Source of the DNA: a virus
Virus record (IMG/VR): IMGVR_UViG_3300028835_001421
DNA: 38,994 bases
Strand: one strand, 5' to 3'
Positions 31,817 through 38,323 of this stretch are shown here, piece after piece. The notes under the pieces were generated by a model. It was not told where the DNA came from and did not search any database. It saw nothing but the letters and a program-made list of their open reading frames with translations. Positions within the stretch are counted from its first letter, which is position 1; each line of letters begins with the position of its first letter. Made by a program: the position numbers and the translations under genes.

Positions 31817-32745
31817 TAGTATCCCAGCCAGGTATTCTCTCTTCTAAGAGGAGAGAATTTATTAGTCCCTATACATGGACATCTAGAACTCCAGGAGCAA
31901 TAAGTTCGGCTATGCGAGGTGTAGGATATGATGGTAGTACTTACTGGACTGCTGTTAATGCTGCTACTGCAGGTACATCTGACCTTATTACGTCTACCGA
32001 TGCTATTACATGGACTATTCAGGAGACAGCTTTAAATAACATGAGAGACATCGATAATGATGGTACAACGTGGACGACTGTGGGTGATTCTGGCTATATG
32101 CTTACGGCTACAGATCCTACGGCCACTTGGACGTCTAGAACGTCTGGGTTTGGTGCTACTGGTATTCAGGGTGTTTTTTGGGATGGGACTACCTACTGGT
32201 TAGCTATGGGTTCATCTGGAACTCTTACAACGGCGACAGATCCAACGGGAACTTGGACAAGTAGGACATCATCTTTTGGTGCTGATTTCTGTAGGTCGTG
32301 TGCATTTGATGGAACAACGTACGTTATGGTTGGTGGGGCTGGTAAGTTGGCTACAGCGACGGATCCAACAGGTACGTGGACTCAGCGCACATCTTCATTT
32401 GGTGCTACGGATATTAGATATGTAGCTTATTCTCCTACGTTAGATTTATTTTGTGCCGTTGGTGCATCTGGAAAGATAGGAACTGCGGCAGGCTCTGATA
32501 CGACGTCTTGGACTCAAAGAACTAGCCCTTTTGGTGGTGGAAGTATCGATACAACTGTCCAATGGGATGCTACAGAAAATTTGTTTGTAGTTGTTACTAA
32601 TTCTTCGGAGATAGGACTATCTCAAGATGGAATAACTTGGCATTTAGATACTGGTGGTTTCGCTAATATGTGGGATCTGAAATACGGAGATGGATTTTTA
32701 GTTGTGGTTGGTGATGGTCCGACTATTAAAACAAGTTTTAGTTAA
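31813..32745 (+). CDS. Stand-alone beta-propeller protein with Asp-box-like repeats (310 aa)
   Basis: ATGA overlap with the HNH stop. About 42-aa repeats of the form TATDPTGTWTSRTSSFGA...DGTTY...G..G, six to seven copies. Confidence 0.65.
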   Translation: MIVSQPGILSSKRREFISPYTWTSRTPGAISSAMRGVGYDGSTYWTAVNAATAGTSDLITSTDAITWTIQETALNNMRDIDNDGTTWTTVGDSGYMLTATDPTATWTSRTSGFGATGIQGVFWDGTTYWLAMGSSGTLTTATDPTGTWTSRTSSFGADFCRSCAFDGTTYVMVGGAGKLATATDPTGTWTQRTSSFGATDIRYVAYSPTLDLFCAVGASGKIGTAAGSDTTSWTQRTSPFGGGSIDTTVQWDATENLFVVVTNSSEIGLSQDGITWHLDTGGFANMWDLKYGDGFLVVVGDGPTIKTSFS

Positions 32746-32756
32746 AGGGAGATAGT

Positions 32757-34490
32757 ATGGCAAGACCTAAAAGAGTTACTGGAGCAGAGCCTCTTTCGTA
32801 CATGGGAGTTGAGGCTACTACGCCTCCTCAGTTAATAGTTCAACCTAGAACCCCTACCTCTCAACAGAATAATTTTAATATCGGTGATCTGTGGGTAAAT
32901 AGTCTTACTAATGAGGTGTGGTTCCTTACTAATTTAGTTGGAGGGGTTGCTACTTGGACTGAGGTTACGGGTGGTGTTCTTACTGTAAATGCAGATACGG
33001 GAAGTGCGACAGCAGTAAACGATGAGATGAACGTTATTGGTGGTAATGTTGTGGTAACGTCTGCTACTGGCGATACTGTAACTGTAGGCCTAACGCAGGG
33101 TGGTGACGGTCAGTTAGTTGTAGGGGCTACTGGTTTAGATCCTGCGTGGGCTACTCTTACTTCTAGCGGTGGCACGATGGATATCACGGCTGGCGCTAAT
33201 ACATTAAACATAGACATTAAGGGTGGGTTTTTAGGCGCACAAGATTTTACAACAGATGCTGGCACAGCGACTATAGCTGGTAACGCTATAGTTATAGCTG
33301 GTGGTACTAATATCAATACCGCTGGTGCTGGTGATACAGTTACAATAAATTTGGATGCAGATCCTGCGTTTTCAAGTCTAGGACTGGGAGTAGTTTCTTC
33401 TAGTGCGGGTGGAGTTTTGTCTAGTTCTAATGGAACTGACGGGCAGTTATTCGTAGCTGGAACTGGTGTTGCACCTATTTGGGCAACTCTTACTTCAACA
33501 AGTGGTACGATAACTTATACTGCAGGATCTAATACGTTAAATTTAGAATCTACCAACGATCTTGGTAGTCCATATCTCTTAGAAATGAGAGCAATTTCTG
33601 GTCCAACAACCTTTACTGGAGTATCGTATGATTCATTTGGATCTTCTGTTTGGGTAGAGGTTGAACCGGGTGCAACGCAAAGAATTTATAGCTCACCTGA
33701 CGCAGTAACATGGACTCAGGAATATTTGCAGGCTGGTTTTAGTGCGTGGGATTTCTTTACTAAATCACATTGCGGTGGAGATGGATTTTGTGTTGTAATC
33801 CCCACAAGATCTATCGGTGAAGGTGGTGGAACAGGAAGAGTATGGGTAGCAACAGATCCTACGGCAACGTGGACACAATATACTACGCTTCCTTCTGATG
33901 CTGGCGGAACTTTTACTGGAGTTAATCAAGGAGGAAGTCACTGGGTATTGACGGCTGATTCTATAGTTTACACTGCGACTGATCCAACTGGAGCATGGAC
34001 TGTTAATAGTACTGGACTTTCTCAGCCATTAAACGGTGCTGCGTATGGTAACTCTACCCATGTAGTGGTTGGAGATAGTGGGTTTGTGGCAACAGCAGCA
34101 GATCCTACTGGTGCGTGGACATCGCAGACTTCTAGTTTTGGAACGCAGAGTATTAAGGCGATTACATATTCATCTTCGTTAACATTGTTTTGTGCTGTGG
34201 GTGAGCAGGGAAAAGTAGCAACTTCACCAGATGGAATAACATGGACACAGCGTAAGAATGTATTGGCTAATACTATGGTAGCTGATGATGTTACTTGGGA
34301 TAGTTCTAACGGTATGTTTGTAGCCGTTTCAGGTGATGGAACTGGTATGACGGCTATATCTCCTAATGGAATATTATGGTTTCAGGATTATAAAAATAAA
34401 ATAGGTAATGCTATAAATGTAGCTTCTGATGCATCTGGAAATATAATTATATATCCAACCTCTAATCTTAATATTGTAGCAACGCTGTAA
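32757..34490 (+). CDS. Tail fibre 3: shared N-terminal fibre modules plus a C-terminal beta-propeller paralogous to 31813..32745 (577 aa)
   Basis: SD aaagggagatagt. Two GxDGQLxVxxTGxxPxWATLTS modules. Propeller repeats SSPDAVTWTQ, VATDPTATWTQ, TATDPTGAWT, AADPTGAWTSQTSSFG and TSPDGITWTQ. Confidence 0.7.
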   Translation: MARPKRVTGAEPLSYMGVEATTPPQLIVQPRTPTSQQNNFNIGDLWVNSLTNEVWFLTNLVGGVATWTEVTGGVLTVNADTGSATAVNDEMNVIGGNVVVTSATGDTVTVGLTQGGDGQLVVGATGLDPAWATLTSSGGTMDITAGANTLNIDIKGGFLGAQDFTTDAGTATIAGNAIVIAGGTNINTAGAGDTVTINLDADPAFSSLGLGVVSSSAGGVLSSSNGTDGQLFVAGTGVAPIWATLTSTSGTITYTAGSNTLNLESTNDLGSPYLLEMRAISGPTTFTGVSYDSFGSSVWVEVEPGATQRIYSSPDAVTWTQEYLQAGFSAWDFFTKSHCGGDGFCVVIPTRSIGEGGGTGRVWVATDPTATWTQYTTLPSDAGGTFTGVNQGGSHWVLTADSIVYTATDPTGAWTVNSTGLSQPLNGAAYGNSTHVVVGDSGFVATAADPTGAWTSQTSSFGTQSIKAITYSSSLTLFCAVGEQGKVATSPDGITWTQRKNVLANTMVADDVTWDSSNGMFVAVSGDGTGMTAISPNGILWFQDYKNKIGNAINVASDASGNIIIYPTSNLNIVATL

Positions 34491-34519
34491 GAATTTCTTC
34501 ATCTTCTCTCCTTTAGGTA

Positions 34520-34550
34520 GCGCCCTAGCTTTTTCTCGGGGTTAGGGCGC
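34520..34550. terminator. GC-rich stem-loop between convergent genes
   Basis: gcgcccta (34520..34527), a 15-nt loop, then tagggcgc (34543..34550). It sits in the 77-nt gap between the plus-strand gene end (34490) and the minus-strand gene end (34568). No clean U-tract. Confidence 0.45.
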
Positions 34551-34567
34551 CGACTATCAGGAGAAAA

Positions 34568-34768
34568 TTATTTATAGATGCCTTCTTCTCTGACATTGAT
34601 TATCATTTTAATTTGTTCTCTTAGTTTATCGAACTTAGATCTAGGGATGTCTGCTAGAGTGCAAACTCTTAGCCCCATAAGGATACCTTTGTGCATATCT
34701 AGATTGCCAATGTTCTTAAATAGCAGTAACTGTATCTCTCTGACTTGATGTTTCGTAATTAATTCCAT
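34568..34768 (-). CDS. Free-standing copy of the C-terminal domain of the ERF-like protein (66 aa)
   Basis: TAATG coupling to the upstream gene. LADIPRSKFDKLREQIKMIINVREEG matches VADIPRSKFDKVREQAQNIINAREG at the end of 34768..35532. Confidence 0.6.
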   Translation of the reverse strand: MELITKHQVREIQLLLFKNIGNLDMHKGILMGLRVCTLADIPRSKFDKLREQIKMIINVREEGIYK

Positions 34769-35532
34769 TATTTATTTCTGCCTTCTCTAGCATTAATTAT
34801 ATTTTGAGCTTGTTCTCTTACTTTATCGAACTTAGATCTAGGGATATCAGCGACTGTTGTTACCCTTAGGGCGTCAAGTACTTGTTTAGCTATATCTGGG
34901 TAGTTAGCTAGAACGTACTGCAATTCTGAAGCCTGGTGTTGCGTAATGGGTTCAAACGACTCCTCTTTTGCCTTGTAACGAGTGTTTATACCTAATCCGG
35001 CGTTACGCTCCTTCCTTATCACTTGCATGTCGTGCTCACCATCGTCGTCGTCGTAGTCGTCTATTATGGTTATGTTTAGTAGTCCCATAATGTCATGACG
35101 CTTCATAGCTTTAATAGCGGATGAGTAAGATTGTATATCGTTCTTTGAGGGAATTATTCTTGAGCGTGTCTCGATGAACTGTGATGATTTGTGTCTGAGT
35201 CTAGTAATGAGAATAGTCTTCTCATCGCTAAGTTTGGTTTGCTGGGTTACTGATAATCCATTAATGGAAAGTGCTGGGCGTATAGTTCTCACGATTATGT
35301 CTAGGTCTGAGTACTGGTTGAACAGGAAGTTGTTTTTTCTGTTGTTGTTTATTTTAGGGAACTCTCCTTGTGCCTTGGCCAGCGCTGTGCATATCTGATC
35401 AGTCTTCTCTGACTCGTATGGGTCACCCTTGCTGGATTTCTCTCTATCTTTTAGCTTCTTATCTATGTATTTCTCGAGTGCATCAAAATGAGACAGTTGG
35501 TCTCTAAACGTCTCTCTCTCCGTCATGTCCAT
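34768..35532 (-). CDS. ERF-family single-strand annealing protein paralog with an extra C-terminal domain (254 aa)
   Basis: SD aaagga. ERF-like pattern ALAKAQGEFPKI...YSDLDIIVRTIRPALSINGLSVTQ...TRLRHKSSQFIE...SYSSAIKAMKRHDIMGLLNI..DDYDDDDG. Confidence 0.6.
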   Translation of the reverse strand: MDMTERETFRDQLSHFDALEKYIDKKLKDREKSSKGDPYESEKTDQICTALAKAQGEFPKINNNRKNNFLFNQYSDLDIIVRTIRPALSINGLSVTQQTKLSDEKTILITRLRHKSSQFIETRSRIIPSKNDIQSYSSAIKAMKRHDIMGLLNITIIDDYDDDDGEHDMQVIRKERNAGLGINTRYKAKEESFEPITQHQASELQYVLANYPDIAKQVLDALRVTTVADIPRSKFDKVREQAQNIINAREGRNK

Positions 35533-35633
35533 TAAGTTCCTTTAGCTTTTCACTAACTGATTCATATATATATCTAATTAACTCTTCCTTATCAATGTCT
35601 GGAAAGTCCATCTTAATCTCATTTGTACACAAT

Positions 35634-36128
35634 TTAATTCTCCTCTTCCACGACGCCCATTTTAATTGCATATCTCTTAAGAGAATCTTTAAAAGATGTT
35701 ACTATTTCTCCGATGAGACTGTTTTTTTCTAATAGATATTCGTTAGCAAAATCCACGGATTCTAGAGCTTGATCGTGTACTTCTTGATCATCATCTTCTT
35801 CGTCTTCTCGTATCAATAAAGTAAAGATTATGCCCATTTTCAGGGTGAATGCCTTACTTCCTGCGGCTTTTCTAGCTTTTTCAAAGAAGCTTGCGTCTAA
35901 TTTTTCTTGAATGATATCGACGAACCTTTTCATGTCAATATTTAATTCATTTAATGTTGTAATATAAAATCGACTTTCTTCAGGACTGTAGCCGTAGGCG
36001 ATCCCATCTTCTTGGGCATCTTTAATTGCTGCTGATTCCTTTGAATCTCCTTTTTCATCACCAATTAGGATGTAAAAAATTACTTTAGTAACTTTTTCTT
36101 TGGCTGTTCTCTTCCATTCTCTTTCCAT
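35634..36128 (-). CDS. Hypothetical acidic protein (164 aa; start refined)
   Basis: The ATG at 36128 follows the ERF stop by 1 nt, with gagga upstream. The longer track start overlaps the ERF gene. Confidence 0.55.
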   Translation of the reverse strand: MEREWKRTAKEKVTKVIFYILIGDEKGDSKESAAIKDAQEDGIAYGYSPEESRFYITTLNELNIDMKRFVDIIQEKLDASFFEKARKAAGSKAFTLKMGIIFTLLIREDEEDDDQEVHDQALESVDFANEYLLEKNSLIGEIVTSFKDSLKRYAIKMGVVEEEN

Positions 36129-36129
36129 T

Positions 36130-36630
36130 CTAATTCCTCGTGTAGGGACTGTTACCATCTGTATCTTCGTCTGCGTCTATTCCAAGGATAGACTTCAGTG
36201 CGTGTCTTTTTGTGTAAGTGAGTGCGCCTCCCATGGCTTGTAGGTTCTCGTTAGTTATAACTACTTTGCCTGCCATTGTGTATCTTTCTGGAACGGCTGT
36301 AACGGAGCGAATATACTGGCCGCTGGAATGCAATATCAGTGTGATGACATATGTTTTGTCGGCTAAGGAGTGAACGGGCTGCATACACGTCAGACCGTAC
36401 TTAGCCAACGATGTAGATATTGCATTGAGGAGGGCAGGCAAGCTTTGATACTTATATCTACCGCCAGCGGCCTTATCTGTTTTCATTTCTATGGAAGATT
36501 TTTTAAAGTCTATAATAGCTTTAGAGATTAGGTCTATCTTAGAAGACATGATGTTGTAGAAGAAGTCTTTTTTAGCTACTTGTCTTGCGTATGTCTGTAG
36601 AGTGTTGAGTTCTTTTATTTGTTCTTCCAT
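36130..36630 (-). CDS. erf: ERF-family single-strand annealing protein (166 aa)
   Basis: The ATG at 36630 lies 7 nt after aagga (the track start is a TTG). Pattern: RYKYQSLPALLNAISTSLAKYGLTCMQ...LILHSSGQYI...QAMGGALTYTKRHALKSILGIDADEDTDG. Confidence 0.75.
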   Translation of the reverse strand: MEEQIKELNTLQTYARQVAKKDFFYNIMSSKIDLISKAIIDFKKSSIEMKTDKAAGGRYKYQSLPALLNAISTSLAKYGLTCMQPVHSLADKTYVITLILHSSGQYIRSVTAVPERYTMAGKVVITNENLQAMGGALTYTKRHALKSILGIDADEDTDGNSPYTRN

Positions 36631-36634
36631 TAAT

Positions 36635-36853
36635 TTATCCTTCAAAGGTAGATTTAATTTCCATTACTTTTTCTAGTTTTCGTTCCATGATTTCTAGCCT
36701 TTGTTCTAGTACTTTCCAGATAGTTTCATACGATTGATCTATGTATTTGCGAGTACCTGTTTTAGAGCTCAACATTTCTCTGCGTAAGCGCCACACCATT
36801 ACGCAGAGCGTCATGCTTAAAATAAGGTCTACATAACAGAGATAATTTTCCAT
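36635..36853 (-). CDS. Small membrane-anchored coiled-coil protein (72 aa)
   Basis: TAATG coupling. Hydrophobic N-terminus LCYVDLILSMTLCVMVW followed by a charged helix. Confidence 0.5.
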   Translation of the reverse strand: MENYLCYVDLILSMTLCVMVWRLRREMLSSKTGTRKYIDQSYETIWKVLEQRLEIMERKLEKVMEIKSTFEG

Positions 36854-37170
36854 TATTTATCCTTAACTGTATTTAATATTTGTACTGCTATGCCTGATGC
36901 AAGCTGATCCTTAAAAGAGTCCATATTTAATTCATGTGCCTTTGGGTGCATTATTAAGTATCTCTTTGGCTCTTCATCTTCCAGATGAATCATTATTTTT
37001 AATAGTATTGGCTCCATGTACTTTTTAGGCCCCTTTTTTGACTCTATCTCTAGTATTTTATTAACAATTTCTTTACCTAGTTCTAATACATCATCGTTGA
37101 AATCTTCTTCGATAATTATTTGTTTTATAAGTAAATTATCTAATCCATATAGAACATTTACGATAGGCAC
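36853..37170 (-). CDS. Hypothetical acidic protein (105 aa)
   Basis: TAATG coupling on both sides. Confidence 0.55.
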   Translation of the reverse strand: MPIVNVLYGLDNLLIKQIIIEEDFNDDVLELGKEIVNKILEIESKKGPKKYMEPILLKIMIHLEDEEPKRYLIMHPKAHELNMDSFKDQLASGIAVQILNTVKDK

Positions 37171-37373
37171 TATTTATCCTTGTCTGCTGCATCATATTTG
37201 AGTTTGTATATCTGGTGTTTAAGGTTTTTAACTTCTTTCTTGGTGTCTGCCTGTTCTGCAAATAGTGATACACCCATAGCTATTACTTCTGTCATTGTTA
37301 TGTCGTGCATGAGTGCAAGAATTTTAATTGATTTATGCAATTCGTCTGAAGCAATTATTGATAGTCTTTTCAT
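37170..37373 (-). CDS. Ribbon-helix-helix (Arc/CopG-like) DNA-binding protein (67 aa)
   Basis: MKRLSIIASDELHKSIKILALMHDITMTEVIAMGVSLFAEQ fits the beta-strand / helix / helix RHH layout. Confidence 0.6.
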   Translation of the reverse strand: MKRLSIIASDELHKSIKILALMHDITMTEVIAMGVSLFAEQADTKKEVKNLKHQIYKLKYDAADKDK

Positions 37374-37487
37374 TTACTCTCCTTTTGAGTAACTAAGTAG
37401 GCATTTAGATATAATATCGACCCCTATTAAACAGATTGCTATGGCATATAAATATTCTATCGTAGCTATTACATTTAAAATTATCAT
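37374..37487 (-). CDS. 37-aa hydrophobic peptide (not in the ORF track)
   Basis: Reads MIILNVIATIEYLYAIAICLIGVDIISKCLLSYSKGE. Its ATG overlaps the upstream stop (ATGA) and its TAA abuts the next ATG, so it exactly fills the 37374..37483 gap. Confidence 0.45.
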   Translation of the reverse strand: MIILNVIATIEYLYAIAICLIGVDIISKCLLSYSKGE

Positions 37488-37771
37488 GCTACTTCCATAT
37501 CGAACTGCTCGGTAAAGCTGAGCTTCCAGTATGACGTAGGTTCTGACCTGTATTGTTCAAGGTTTATTTTCTTAAGCTCAGGTATTAGCGTGTATTTAAT
37601 GGAGCCTTTTCTTTCTATGTTTTTATACGTGTATCCATTAAAAGAGGTTGTTTCTTCTCCGCATATACTTTTTAGCCGTTCAGCTTCTTCCTTTTCCTTT
37701 ATTTTAAGAAACTTGATTTTCTTTTGTATCTCGAGAAGTTTCTCAGCTGTAGTTGTAAATTGTTTTTCCAT
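37484..37771 (-). CDS. First gene of the early minus-strand operon; hypothetical (95 aa)
   Basis: SD aaagggaaagc. Preceded by the conserved G-tract leader and promoter P3. Confidence 0.6.
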   Translation of the reverse strand: MEKQFTTTAEKLLEIQKKIKFLKIKEKEEAERLKSICGEETTSFNGYTYKNIERKGSIKYTLIPELKKINLEQYRSEPTSYWKLSFTEQFDMEVA

Positions 37772-37833
37772 GCTTTCCCTTTCTTTGCCCCCCCCGGAGC
37801 GTTATTAGTAATATCTACTTTCAACGTATATAT

Positions 37834-37863
37834 AGAATAGCACATATGTACTTATGTTGTCAA
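37834..37863 (-). promoter_or_regulatory. Sigma70-like early promoter P3 with a palindrome in the spacer
   Basis: On the minus strand: ttgaca (37863..37858), an 18-nt spacer, then tattct (37839..37834). The 8-bp palindrome acatatgt (37842..37849) lies in the spacer. Confidence 0.5.
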
Positions 37864-37898
37864 GCATATGTAAAAAGTGGCTAAAAGTGAGGTTTTAG

Positions 37899-38012
37899 AT
37901 GAAAAAGCAGCCACATACAACTAAATACAACACTACATTTTCTGGTTACGCATTGCTTCTAATAGTATGTGGCTGTAACTACTGGTCTAGCGTGGACCGT
38001 AGCTTTTTTTAA
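37899..38012 (+). CDS. Possible 37-aa ORF (MKKQPHTTKYNTTFSGYALLLIVCGCNYWSSVDRSFF); could instead be a structured RNA
   Basis: gtgagg lies 6 nt upstream of the ATG. The ORF contains an 11-bp perfect inverted repeat (37908..37918 / 37965..37975). The long polar n-region is atypical for a signal peptide. Confidence 0.2.
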   Translation: MKKQPHTTKYNTTFSGYALLLIVCGCNYWSSVDRSFF

Positions 38013-38013
38013 A

Positions 38014-38217
38014 TCAGATTTGGTGCCTTCTGGGGCCAGCTTTAAGTTTGAACTTTATTCTGGATATCACAGGTTCATCGTAGTTTTCAACAACTGTAAT
38101 GTTGTTGTCTTTGTCTGCGATGATAGATAAATCGAATTCTACGCATATCTCTTCATCATAGTTACTTACTTATAACGTGTCGCTTAATATGTTTGCTATA
38201 AAGGCTTTGAGTTTCAT
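38014..38217 (-). pseudogene. 67-codon ORF interrupted by an in-frame TAA after codon 15
   Basis: A good SD (aggag, 7 nt upstream), then MKLKAFIANILSDTL-TAA-VSNYDEEICVEFDLSIIADKDNNITVVENYDEPVISRIKFKLKAGPRRHQI-TGA, all in one frame. Confidence 0.35.
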
Positions 38218-38252
38218 TCTTCTTCTCCTGGTTATGGATTATAAAAATAAAA

Positions 38253-38285
38253 ACCCGATGAGATTTGACTCTCACCGGGTTTTTT
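38253..38285. terminator. Bidirectional rho-independent terminator
   Basis: acccgatgaga (38253..38263), loop tttgac, then tctcaccgggt (38270..38280), with one mismatch. Flanked by an A-run upstream and ttttt downstream. Confidence 0.65.
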
Positions 38286-38323
38286 CGTAACATTTCTATT
38301 AGTGCTTAATCAAAAGGAATGTT

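Noticed and set aside
35504-35611. 35-aa ORF (MDFPDIDKEELIRYIYESVSEKLKELNGHDGERDV) in the gap between the 164-aa gene and the ERF-like gene
   Set aside because: The SD is weak, it overlaps the ERF-like gene start in another frame, and it lacks the stop-start coupling seen elsewhere in the operon.
36853-37373. The RHH gene plus the downstream 105-aa gene as an RHH-antitoxin / toxin pair
   Set aside because: The 105-aa protein is acidic and shows none of the basic or catalytic features of RelE/ParE-type toxins. The coupling (TAATG) is the same as for every other gene pair in this operon.
38170-38172. The in-frame TAA as evidence of genome-wide stop-codon reassignment
   Set aside because: All other genes terminate sensibly with TAA/TAG/TGA and have normal lengths under the standard code. 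A single instance is better explained by mutation, sequencing error or local read-through.
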